A DNA stretch of 64,000 nt from Octopus sinensis (Eukaryota): assembly GCF_006345805.1 (NCBI RefSeq), contig NC_043003.1, forward strand, positions 100,502,001 through 100,566,000, given 5' to 3'. Position numbers and translations under genes: made by a program. The notes beneath the pieces were generated by a model. That model worked only from the letters and a program-made list of their open reading frames with translations. It did no database searches and had not been told where the DNA came from. This document shows positions 13,475 through 25,569 of the stretch, piece by piece; the first letter of the stretch is position 1; each line of letters begins with the position of its first letter.

Positions 13475-15115
13475 TATAATGAAATTGTGTTTAATATCAG
13501 CATGTGATTTGACAAAAGTGTAGAATGAAATGGAGGGCAATCACTTAATATATTGGGATCCTTTTGACCAGAATCCCAGGTTAATATACTTCCATATGGC
13601 TAATCCAAAACTTCTTTATCTCCCCATACTGTTGTAATTCACTTATATTGCCCATAATTTCAGTTTAAGGACTCTACAATAGTTAATCCTATTAATGCTA
13701 ACTTGATTAACCTCATTCACCCAGTATGAAAGCATTTTAATAAGGCTATGGACATTTGATGCTTCTCATAAACTAACAAATACAAAATTAGACAATTTAT
13801 TGTTGAGACAATGGTCTTCCATCTAATTAGACACAAAATGGTATTTCAAGGTAACTGGAAGCTAACAAAGACAGGGTGCAATGCTGAAGGCCAACAATAA
13901 GCAGATGTTAATGACAGGATAGCCTACTTGTAGCAATTTTATTGTTATTAATTAACAAAAGCCAATTAATGAGTTTGAATGCTGCATCATTCAGCTGATA
14001 GCAAACATCTATGATAGATTTATGAGAACATACCTTTGCTTTATGCTTTCAACTGAAACTTTACCTGATGAATGTCTTATTAGCACTGAAAGTCAAAGTT
14101 CAAGGATATATAAAAGTTCATAACAGATCTTTGTTTCATATCCAACAGAAATTTAAAAACTCAAGAACCAATTCCAGAATTTCAAATTATTCAATAATCA
14201 GATATTTACAGAAAGAGAAATTGTTATTTTAAGAAAACAGATGCATTGAGATGTAAGGCAAAATTTTTTATAAAGCAAAATATCTTTTATGGAAAACAAT
14301 TTAGTTGTTTGTTTACTTGAGTTTCTAGTTGATATGAGGTAAAGCATTAACACAATTTAAAATTATATGTGAGAAAAAAATAGGGGGGAAATTAATCAGA
14401 ATTTAGTGTATTTAATGTTTAAAGGAACATATAGAATCCCAGATCCTAAGAGAAAAGGAAGAATTAAGTGAGAACCCAAAATGTTCTTTAATAAATAGAA
14501 AATATTTACACACGAAAATATGGTTTATATCCATATTTTAGACACTTATCAAGTTTCAATATGATAAGTGATTTAGATACTGAAAATGATAAAATGAATT
14601 CATATACTGGCATAAAGTGTGAAGTTTTAAAACTTTGGATGACTTGAATACAGCTGTACTTGTTTTGTTGGTAAGCATTGAGGAGACAGATTTTGCTACA
14701 ATAATCAAACAAGGCATCAATAATGTCATAAATACAAAGTGCAGCTAACATAGTAACTGCAGTAAACTACACTGAATTTTGAATCAATTAGTATTACACC
14801 CAGTTCAAAAAGAAAGAAAGATCATTTGCATTAAAGTTGCTTGACCTATCAGAAACAACATTCAAATTTCCCCGAAACTGCATTCAATTGCTCTGTCTTA
14901 AAAAAAGATAAAATGAATCATTGAGTAATGCAGCCATAGACACACCAATTTTGAAAAAGGTGGGAAGGCCACAAACTGGAACACTTTTGATAACAGTTCA
15001 ACATGAACTGAACTATAAAAGCATTTAACATTACTGGTAACGAAGGAGAGAAATCTCTGAACTGTTCAAACTGATCGAAAAATTAACAGAGTAAGTTTGA
15101 TTTTTGCTAAAGTGG

Positions 15116-15192
<77 letters not shown>

Positions 15193-15346
15193 TGAAGTAA
15201 GTAACAGTGTGATTGATAGAGACAATAAAAGAAAAAGAGGGAGGTTGACAGCAGATAATTACTGCCCTCACATTAATAGTTAATACCAAGAAAATTGCTT
15301 AATCAGTCATTAAGTAGATTCAATAGCTATATCTCAAGAAAAGTAC

Positions 15347-15536
15347 CTTTTAATACCACATGTGTCTGTGTGATGTCAACAGTTCCTGTATTGAATTTTC
15401 CCTCTGTCAATGCTGTAAGGAGTAGTCCTCTATTTTTGATGGAGTCATTTTGAATAAATAGTGATCCATCAAGAACTATAAAATACTTGATGTCAAATGT
15501 TATATTTTGGTGAACAGAACTGTTATACACTGATTT
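15347..15536 (-). CDS. Candidate host-gene exon (KSVYNSSVHQNITFDIKYFIVLDGSLF...THVVLK)
   Basis: Open frame in unique sequence; acceptor ...ttcaaacacag, donor AAAAG|gtactt; phase-0 start fits the phase-0 end of the exon at 26573. Confidence 0.45.
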
Positions 15537-15785
15537 CTGTGTTTGAAGAGTTGAGAGTAGCAGCAAGATTTACTAATGTCTGGGGAAGCCATATTATATT
15601 TATTTACAAATAGAGATATTATCAATTGGATGGAAGTATTGATGAAATTTTCTTGTGATTGTGGTCTTAAAGATGATTGGTAATTTTGTATTAGCATAAA
15701 AGCTAGCGGTTTTATTTTTATATAAATAAAATGAGAACAGCTAGTTGTGCAGTTAATAGCAAATGTTAGGAAACAAAGATGTATA

Positions 15786-15853
15786 TTCATCTTACTTTAC
15801 TGTTGTCTTAATTAGGCAACAACTTAATTAAGACAACAGTAAAGTAAGATGAA
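15786..15853. repeat. Perfect 29-bp inverted repeat with 10-nt loop
   Basis: TTCATCTTACTTTACTGTTGTCTTAATTA-ggcaacaact-TAATTAAGACAACAGTAAAGTAAGATGAA. Confidence 0.95.
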
Positions 15854-16601
15854 AAAAAAGGAAAAATATATGGGAGTTTGTAGTAAAAACAAACAAACAA
15901 AAGAACCTAATATCTACTCTACCATTTTACAATCTGAAGATAAATGATGATTTAGGTACCAACAGCACATTTTTGGATGGGTAAAGTCAATTATATCTAC
16001 TACCATTTGACTGACAATTATTTTCTTGACCTTCGAAGGACGAAAAGCTGAGCTGACCACAGGCAGAACTTGAACTCAGAACATAAAATCATCCATCAAT
16101 AAACTTCAAGGCATTTTGTCTCATGCTTTTCCAAAATCTATTCTGCTGTTTCATGTTCTACCAAATCTAACATACTCTCTCTAATAATCATCCAGTTTAG
16201 TAAGAGAAACACTTCACAAATGTTCACATGTTTCTCCTTCTTTCTCATTTTTATTTACACAATTATGTCCAAAACTAGAACCAAATTTCCAGAGCAGTGG
16301 TGATGAGCTGATATTCTCTAACAAATTTCTAAAATCAAATTTCGTTCTGCTGCCAAACAGAAAACTATTACCCACTTCTGACTGAATTGATATGGGTGTG
16401 GGCATACTGCTATGGCTAAGATGCTTGTTTTGGTATATCTACAAGATTCTGGGTTTGAATGCACTGCATGGCACCATGGCTAAGTGTGTTTTACTATAGC
16501 CTCAAGTTGACCAAGGTTTATGAGTGAAATTTGGAATATACACACACACACACATTTATATACACATATACTGTATGTATGTGTATATTTCACTAATGCA
16601 G

Positions 16602-16642
<41 letters not shown>

Positions 16643-16692
16643 ATATATATATATATATATACGCAAGAAAGAAGCAACAAGAATGGATAGGT

Positions 16693-16783
16693 TTTTAGTA
16701 CAATCGTTTCATACAAGGACAGGCTTTATTAAATGTTGCAAAAATTACAGCATATAAACGTGTCCCGTACTCATCAGCTAAAA
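16693..16783 (-). ncRNA. Type I hammerhead ribozyme, complete core, long stem II
   Basis: TTTTAG-CTGATGA-GTACGGGACA..TGTCCTTGTAT-GAAAC-GATT-GTA/CTAAAA: 6-bp stem I, GUA cleavage triplet. Confidence 0.85.
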
Positions 16784-18250
16784 TACATGTGAGTTCTCTA
16801 GACATCCTAGTGGTTGAGGCTATACTCATGAAGTAATGTAGATAATTAAGTAACATAAACAGATTTCCAAAGTTCATTAAAGTTCTTTAAAGATGATGTA
16901 CAGTCTTATCACAGAATTTTAAAAAAGTTTTAATAGCATCACAGAGAAGGTGACCTAATCCATAGTGCACATATGAATTTCCAGAGATATGAGGAGGGAT
17001 TACATACTCACAGACGACAAATTTATCCATTGTTAATCACAACGAGGTGGGTCTCAATTCCTGCTTATTAGCATTACAGAGAGGGCGAATTAATCCTTTG
17101 TATAGATGCACAATTTCCAATGGTGTAGATGTAAATTTCCAGAGAAATGAAGAGGAATTTCATATTCACAGGCGATAAATTTATCAGTGGTTGAACACAA
17201 TGAGGTAGGTATCAATTCTTGTTATATGATTAGGTATTTGCCACATTAATCACATTACTGCTATTTTCAAGAGGCTGTAGCTATTTAACTTTTAAAGGCT
17301 GAAGGGCTTACTAGAGATGCAAAGAACAAAAAAGGGAAGGGAAGAAAAGAAAAGAGAGAAAATAAAGGAGGAGGGAGCAAAAAGGGGGGGGACTAAAAGA
17401 GAAGAGAAAAGGAAAAAGAGAATAAGAAGAAGAAAAAGAAAAAAGAGAAAAGAGAAAGAAATAGGGAAAGAAGGGAAAAAAAGAAAAAGAAAAAAAGAGG
17501 GTTCTAGTTATACAGAAGAATTAGTAGACGGCAAGTCTGGTTTTAATTTACAGGCATCTAGGAACTAGAGGAGAATATTATTCTTTGACCAGTAAAACAG
17601 CTAATTTATTGCTGTTGAAATCAGCTATGAATTTAAAGAGAATCTAAAGAGAATCTAAAGAGATAACACGGTCAGGGGTTTAGGAGTCAGAGGCTAAAAT
17701 CAAAAGAAAATACATTAGGAAAATCTAAGTATAATCTTATCAAAAAGTCATTAAAATTTATTTATTTCATTTATTCATTTTGTTGTCTTAAGGAGTTGCC
17801 GTTATTATTCATACATTGACGGACTACAGGTCAAATCTTAGAAGATCATTTACAAGGTGTTAGGGAATTGTCTATCATAATGAAGATAATCATATTATCA
17901 CCGAGGGAGTAGCCTTATTTATTTAATTTTGAAATAGAATTATGGGGCTTTAGTAACTCATTTTATTTTATTAAAGTTATGCTACTTAAATTAGATTAAG
18001 TTAAGAATTAAAATTAAAGATTACAATTAAGATTTAAAATTAAGATTTAAAATTATGAGTTTGAAATTAAATAAAGCCTCAATTAAGCAGCGTATAAGTA
18101 CTATTCATTTCCCTGATCTCAAAAAACTGATGCAGATATAAGGAAAAAGATAACTGTAGTGTGAGAACTCTTAGTTATCTACTTAAAGCAGTGCTATACT
18201 AGTAAAAATCAAGTTATATCTATCTATCTATCTAGTTACGAATATTCTAA

Positions 18251-19153
18251 TCATTTAAAATATTTTAAAGTCTTCAATTTAGCGTGGACACAAACTTGAC
18301 CTAGTTCGATATGGTTATTCAATAAGTTTCTATGTTTTCTGTGCTTTAGAATTTCATACGTCTCCATGGAGCATAGTTGGCAACCAACCCTACTATTTTT
18401 ATACGGAATTGCTCTCCTAACTATTTCCCAATTAAGGTTATAATTATTATTATTATTTTTGAGTTCCCAGATTTTGTTTGAAAGTGTGGTGGTACCAGCT
18501 TTATGACGTAATTTAAAAGACGAGATGTGATTTCTAACTCTGGCTAGAAAATTAATTGTACATCCAATGTAAAAATATTTGTTATTCTCCGTGGATATGG
18601 TACATTTATATATTACATTATTTTCTCCGCATAGACCAGGTGCCGGGCATTTTGATTTTATTCTACACTTACACACAGGAGGAACAACTTCAGGTTTTGG
18701 ATTATTCTTGGGTAGATGTCTTAGGTTCCTATTATTTTGATTATCATGAGTATAATTGTCCTTATTGTTATTAATATTTCTATAGTTGGTGCTGATATCT
18801 AAAGTATTGCTATTATTTATTGATCCTTCTGTTTCATCATTTAGGTCTAAAGTCCTACCATGATTTCTTATATTATTGGTAATGCTACTATTATTGTTAG
18901 TCTTTTTATCCGACTGCATATTGTTGTTATAGATATCACTGATATTTTCATTCTCCTTATTTTCTCCATTAGCCTTATTTCTATTATTTCTATTATTAAC
19001 ATTATTACTTCTATTAATATCGGCATTGTTATTATTACTATTAATGTTAATGTTATTAGTCTTTCTGTGGTTACTAATTTCACCTATGTTTTGATAGTTA
19101 CTATTGCTGTTTTTATTGTTGGTAGTATTATTATAATTGCTACTGGTATTCAT
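18251..19153 (-). CDS. Penelope-like GIY-YIG endonuclease domain preceded by an Asn-rich linker (open 300 codons)
   Basis: CKCRIKSKCPAPGLC..VIYKC..YIGCT..RVRNH..TLSNKIWELK..CQLC..LLN..CVH, the Naiad-type motif order. Confidence 0.9.
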   Translation of the reverse strand: MNTSSNYNNTTNNKNSNSNYQNIGEISNHRKTNNININSNNNNADINRSNNVNNRNNRNKANGENKENENISDIYNNNMQSDKKTNNNSSITNNIRNHGRTLDLNDETEGSINNSNTLDISTNYRNINNNKDNYTHDNQNNRNLRHLPKNNPKPEVVPPVCKCRIKSKCPAPGLCGENNVIYKCTISTENNKYFYIGCTINFLARVRNHISSFKLRHKAGTTTLSNKIWELKNNNNNYNLNWEIVRRAIPYKNSRVGCQLCSMETYEILKHRKHRNLLNNHIELGQVCVHAKLKTLKYFK

Positions 19154-19214
19154 GCTGATATTATTATTTTTATTTCTATCTTTCCTGGCTAGTTTAATGT
19201 TGTTATTATTAAGA

Positions 19215-22200
19215 GCAGTCTATATTAATTACTGGTGAAGGCCAGTTTATAGGGTTACTCTGGGTTTTTTGCCATAAATGGTACCTTTATGATGTATCTT
19301 CAGATCCTAAAACCTGTTGGCCTATGGCCTCTTTAAAATTTGGAGTGGGGAAAGATACCGATATAAAGAATGGGGGTTATCTCCCTTTGGTACTGGTCAT
19401 CGGCTTCAGCTGTGTCATCCTCCTTCAGTCACGCCACCTGTTGGCTATGAAGGTAAAAGGTAGGAGTGCTATCCCTTGCTCTCATCAGCAATCAATTTCC
19501 ACCTGTGGTATAATTATCACTAATACTGCTATTATCACTATTATGCAGCTCCCAAAATGCTAACAGAAAACTTCTGAAATACAAGCATGGCCTGAAAATC
19601 TCCATTCTGGAGTTCAGTATGGTCCCTGGTATGCATGAGTTTTTCAGGATTTTCCTGCATTCGGCTATGCATAGCTTGCAACATTTCATTCTATTTATGT
19701 ACGGACCCAGACAGTGGAAGATTTTCCATGATATTGAGTTTTCTGCTACCTGGCTGGAGATTTTCCTGGTGGCCACATGGTCTCTGCCAAATAATTGACC
19801 AGTGCAGTGTTTCTACATTTTTATGGAGGCCACAAGCCCCTTAAATATGGAATGATTCAACCTTGGATACTCCAAAAACATCCACATGCCATCCAACGAA
19901 CTTTACACCCAAATGCTACTGGAGAAGATTAAGGATGTGATTAGGTGTATGAAATGGAAAGCTTTCCACTATGACCTAGCTGCAACAGGCCTGGAAGGGA
20001 ATAACTATGGCATTAGGTCAAGGAAACACTCACCCAGAATTTAAAACCTCAAACCCTTCGAAGCGGACATCATAGGAATTATCCCAAAACTGAAATTCCG
20101 TAAGTCTTCTTCGTCCTTCCTACGTAAGCTCTGTGCCAACATTAGGACATTAAAAAACTTGGATAGGTCCCTAATTTTCTCCAATAAGACAAAGAACATA
20201 TATAGATTAGGCATCATAGAATACAATAGGCTACTAGAAAATAACATTGCACAGACTTATGGACATGCAATCCCCAACTCATACATATAGAGACATCAAC
20301 AGTGAGGTTAAAAAATTAGCTAACAATTTAGAGATAGGAGACAGGGTAGAAATCCTAGTTAAAAGAAATGCTTTCATCACCATAAAAGATCACAAACCAA
20401 GTTTTGCCTTAAGTGCTGCCTGATCAACCCAGCCAAATCCAAGATAAGTCTAGCAAGCAAACATATTTTGCAAGATATCAACAACACCATATGAAGGGTC
20501 CCTGACCTCTCCTTCTGGCACAGCACCAGCAAAGTGACCACATAGTTTAACGCCAATAAGGGTAGAGGTAGAGCAAGGTTCACCCAATTTGATATAGTCA
20601 ATTTTTATCCATCTATATTGAAAGGGTTACTGACCAAAGCTCTTTCTTTCATTAGGGGCATCACTGATATTAGCGACAGGGATATAGGAATCATTATGCA
20701 TGCCAGGAAGATGGTACTATTTAACAAAGGTTCGGCATGGGTCAAGCAATCCGACCCCATGGGCTCCTTTGATGTAGTGATGGGAGCCTATGACAGTACT
20801 GATATGTGCAACCTCATAGGATTGTATATCATGGACACCCTTAGGAAAAAATTCCTCTCTGTCCTCTTTAGGGATGATGCACTGGCCATCTCTAGGAAAG
20901 CAAGCGGCCATACACTAGATAGACTTAGGAAGGACTTTATCAGCATGCTCGGCTCCATGGGATTGAAGATCACCATAGAGACCAACCTCACCACAGCAGA
21001 CTTCTTAGATGTCGCACTTGGGCTCCAATACCTACAGGCCCTACTACAAACCAAGTGAGAGGCTAACATACATCAACACAGCCTCATGCCATCCACCCAT
21101 CATGTTCAAGAACCTGATAAAGGGTGTTAGTAAAAGTATTTCGAGCCTTATCTCTAACCAAGAGGCCATCGATGTGGCAGCTTCATAAAATAACTAGGCC
21201 CTAGCTGCCAGCGGGTCCAAGGACTGCATCTCCTATATGCCGGAACCTGACACCCGCAGAAGGAAACACCACAGAAATACAATTTGGTTTGCCCCCACCA
21301 CCACTTAATACTATAATGCCTGTAAACTGACTTTTCCTAAAATTAATAGACAAACACTTTACTACTTCCTATAGGCATGCTCCCATTTTCAACAGGCACA
21401 ATGTTAGGGTCTTATTTAGCTGTGCCCTTAGCATTAAGAGAATCTTAGTTAGCACCCTTAAGCAATGGGAAGGGGTGGGTTGTTCATGCAGGATCTGCAA
21501 CAATTGCCCAGTAGAGGGCTACTGCAAACCAAAGGTGTCATCTATCAAGCTGAAGTGCGGGCAAGCTCAACCAATTCCACCAGCAGAAACCATAGCAGCC
21601 ATAGACACAAGGGCAGAGCCATCAACAGAGCCGCTACTGCTGCCAGCACCACCAGCACCAGCACCACCACCGCAAACAGCCTTACCGACATTAACAACAC
21701 CAATAATGCTGACTATACCCCCAATGCCACCACCACCACCACTACTAACATTGACCACAGTGACATTGCCTCCAATACCAACCTTACAAATAGCAGACAG
21801 GACAGTATACCCAGTGACAATTCTAATAGCAGCAGTAACAGACCAAACTATATTAGCTGCTGCAGCAACAGCACCCCTAGTAGAGACACCAGCATAGACG
21901 TTAATAATGGTAGCCCTATCAATGCGAAATGGAACCCCCGCCACCAGGGAAGATAACGATAATAGCAATAATAACATTTATAGTAATACCTTCGGCTACA
22001 GTGGTAACATCGACAGTGCCCACTCCACATCCAGCAATAAGATTACCAATGCCACCACCAGCCTTACCTCCACCAATACCAACACCAGGCCCCAGCAATA
22101 TCATCGTTGACGACAGCACTAGCAACAACAACAGCAGCAGCAGCATATTTGTCAACCCCATCAACAAAAGCAGCAGCATATTCATCAACCCCAGCACCAA

Positions 22201-23030
22201 CAACAACAACAGGAAACATTGCCGACAGTGATGGCAGCAGCAACATCTATGCTGGCAGACTTAATAGCAACATCAGTGGCGCCGACAGCAGCAGCAACAT
22301 CGACAACTACAACCGCAACAACAGTAACAACAACGGCACTGACAGCAGCAGTGGTTGCAACAACAACAACAGAAACAGTAGGCACAACACCAACTCCATG
22401 CATCCAAGGAAATACATTGGATGAGTGGAAACTTCCTTTCAGAAACGTCTTTCCAACCATAGATCCTCCTTCAGGGTCCTGGAAAGGAGATGTGTAACAT
22501 CACTGGCAAACCATATCTGGTAGCTGAAGGAAGATGGAATTCCATACTCGATATCATGGAAAATCTTCCACCGTCCGGGACCATACATAAATGGAATGAA
22601 ATGCTGCAAGCAATGCATAGCTGAACACATGGAAATCATGAAAAACTCGCACGCACCAGGGACCATACTGAACTCCAGAATGGAGATTTTCAGGCCATGC
22701 TTGCAATTCAGGAGATTCCTGTTAGCATTTTGGGAACCGCATAATAGCAATAATTACACCACAGCTGGAAACCTGTTGCTGATGAGAGTAGGGGATAATC
22801 CTCTACCTTTTACCCTCATAGCCGACAGATCATGTGCCTGAAGAAGGATGACACAGCCGAAGCCTATGACCAGCACCAAAGGGAGCTATCCATATCATTC
22901 CCCCTCCATATTTTAAAGAGGCCATAGGCCAACAGGTCTTAGGGTCTGAAGATATGCCATAAAAGTACCCTTTATGACGAGAAACCCAGGGTAACCCTAT
23001 AAACTAGTCTTCACCAGTAATTAATATATA
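19215..23030 (+). mobile_element. Apparently full-length but decayed Naiad-type Penelope-like element B with an inverted pLTR at its 5' end
   Basis: ORF start ME*FNLGYSKNI at 19847. Motifs MKWKAF, LINPAK, FDIVNFYPS, FRDDAL, DFLDV. Endonuclease 21480-22750. 19215-19755 is a diverged inverted copy of 22520-23030. Confidence 0.85.
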
Positions 23031-23439
23031 TATATATAAATTAGAAAAAAAAACACCCTTCATCAATTCAACAATGAAAAATCAAATTACACTATCTAGA
23101 AAATGACATATTATAGAAAGATTAAATATAAGATAAAACATATAACGATGATTAAGAAATGTGCAAAATAATAAATAAAATGTATATATTTGGTAGAATA
23201 TATATGTATATATGTATGTATATATACTCACATATGATGGCTGCAAATTTGTGTTTGAGTATTGCCATTGCCTGATTGAAAGTCCCACATATGTCAAGGC
23301 TACAACCAGCTATTTTTGTGATAGGTTTTACTTTATTTCAAGTGATGCCTGTGCATGATGATCTTTTATAGTGGGGAAAAGACTTGCACAAATCCAATCC
23401 CACTCTCTGATTGTAGACAATATAAATTTGAAAAGAAGA

Positions 23440-23820
23440 ACTAGCCTATATCACTGTCAGTGTGGCAGGTTTTCTCTCAGAGTTTCCCTCTCCTAGACAG
23501 ATGTTGTGGCAACAACAGAATGGGCCTCCCACTCCCAGTGGGCCAACCGTATAGCTGGACACCAACCCAGGTATTTCTACATTCCTGCACATATATACAT
23601 GCATACATACACATGTACACATATTGTTGGATGGCTGTTGACTGCTCATCAGCTCTTCGACCCTTTGACAAGTTTTATTTTCTGTCCTGCAGGGTGTCCA
23701 ACAATCACCCTCCTCACCAAGAAAACTTGATGGGGTTGCCAGTTTAGTTGCTGATGACTCAACCATGCAACAGGTTGTGCTGGGTTACATGTTACCAGTA
23801 GTGGCTAAGAGTGACCTCTC
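23440..23820 (-). repeat. Interspersed repeat, inverted counterpart of 31460-31800
   Basis: Shares CTACTGGTAACATGTAACCCAG(T/C)ACAACCTGTTGCATGG and downstream blocks in opposite orientation; family not identified. Confidence 0.6.
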
Positions 23821-24424
23821 TCTCTCACACACACACACATTTATATACACATACAGTGTATGTGTCTATATCTTTTACTAATGCATATATATAAATAAGT
23901 ATATATATCATTCATCAGTGAGTCATATATACTTTAGACCAGTAATATATTTATATGTAAGCATCAAAAACAAAACCAATAAACCAACAATTACGAATAA
24001 ATGCCTCCATAATATTTGTTCTATCTGAGTTGCACAGACATTCCCTTGTCATTCTCCCCATCATAGATGAAGGAAAGAAGCAATTGACCCATATAAAACC
24101 CGTAATGTGATATAAAAAGTAAAAAAACTGTGAAGTTGTATCTAGTTTTTTTAATTGGTTCATTAAACTGGAGCTAATTGTTATGATACATTAATTATTG
24201 CTCATATAATTAATCTAATTAGATCACTTCCAGTCAGAAAGGTATGTACCACTAGAAGAATTAATAGCAAAGATTTAAAAGCTCATTGATATTCTAAGCA
24301 GTGAAAGAGAAAATGTGATACCATAGTTATCAGCATTAAATGGAAGGTAGTTTTGAGAATGATACTAAGGGTTTCTCTCTACATACATGGTATTACAATA
24401 TAAACCCTAAATAAGTATAAAGTG

Positions 24425-24466
<42 letters not shown>

Positions 24467-25503
24467 TGGTAGCTGATTGAAACTGGTTTCATTGTTCTTA
24501 CACCTCATCCTGACTTGAGTACTTATCTATCCCATGATACTGAGATATTGTAACAAAAAGTTACTTATGAAGATGTGAATAGAAATGTGCCAGCCATAAC
24601 ACATTGATAAAATGGTATAACGGTGACAGCCAATAACAATTATAAGACTATCACTTCAGGGTTATGAATATGGAATCCTTTTTTATGTAGTGAGCTGGAG
24701 AGATAGTGAAACCAGTCAGGCTGATTCTCACTGAAAAGGAGTAAAAGAACCCACATGGTAATAATTTCACAGTGTGACTAAACACATTTGGATATAAATT
24801 TATTTATATATAAGTCTAGGAAGTGAATTTAGTAAATTTAGAAACATATAGAGTCAAGAAGAATGATAATGCAACACCAGCAGTGAAACATAGGAAGTGA
24901 GTGTAGATAAAGACAGGAACTGAGAAGGTTATGTTGGATGTGAAGTATTATTTTACAAGAATGGTTGAGTGTGAAAGTTCAGAAAATTACTAGAAATCAA
25001 AGGAATTAGTACATGGATACAAGGGAGATAACTATGCTGGTTTGGAAGTGTAAATGTCAAAGAATGATGCACATTTGAAGAAAACATGTTATGACAAGGT
25101 AACCTATGATAGAGTTAAACCAAGGAAGAATTGGAGAATAAGTATTAAGGACATTCTTCAGGACAAGTCTTTGAAGAATAGTTTGCATGGATTGAAGAAT
25201 TATGAAAGGAAAGCTGCATTACAGACCTGTCCAATCTCTTTTATCATGGAAAAATGATTTACTGGCAGAAATAACAAACTGATGTTAAAAGGAGACTGTA
25301 GACATGAGGATAGAGAACAAATAAGATCAAGGCAAAAGCGTATGAGAATTGTGAACATCAAGACAAAGATATTGGTGAACAGTGACCATCAAGAAGAAGG
25401 TGTATTACAACAGCGAACAAATAGATCAGGGTAAAAGTGTGTCCATGTCAAGCATGCAGAAAATAGAGCTAAAATTGGTAATTGCAAAGAATATTTACAC
25501 TAA

Positions 25504-25569
<66 letters not shown>

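Larger units (their letters stand above)
16661..19200 (-). mobile_element. 5'-truncated Naiad-type Penelope-like element A (GIY-YIG ORF plus 1.6-kb 3' region/pLTR with hammerhead)
   Basis: Endonuclease ORF 18251-19153. 3' region 16663-17855 recurs at 32555-33739. The end abuts (TA)n. Confidence 0.8.

Noticed and set aside
16695-16877. 60-aa ORF repeated three times (also 32587-32769 and 34314-34496)
   Set aside because: It overlaps the hammerhead and recurs only because the pLTR is duplicated; there is no coding signature.
22770-22822. SECIS or hammerhead at CTGATGAGAGTAGGGG..CCCTCAT
   Set aside because: ATGA pairs Watson-Crick with TCAT in both pLTR copies (no tandem G.A quartet), and no GAAA follows.
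23750-23815. Hammerhead at CTGATGACTCAACC
   Set aside because: There is no GAAA or stem III, and the second copy reads CCGACGA.
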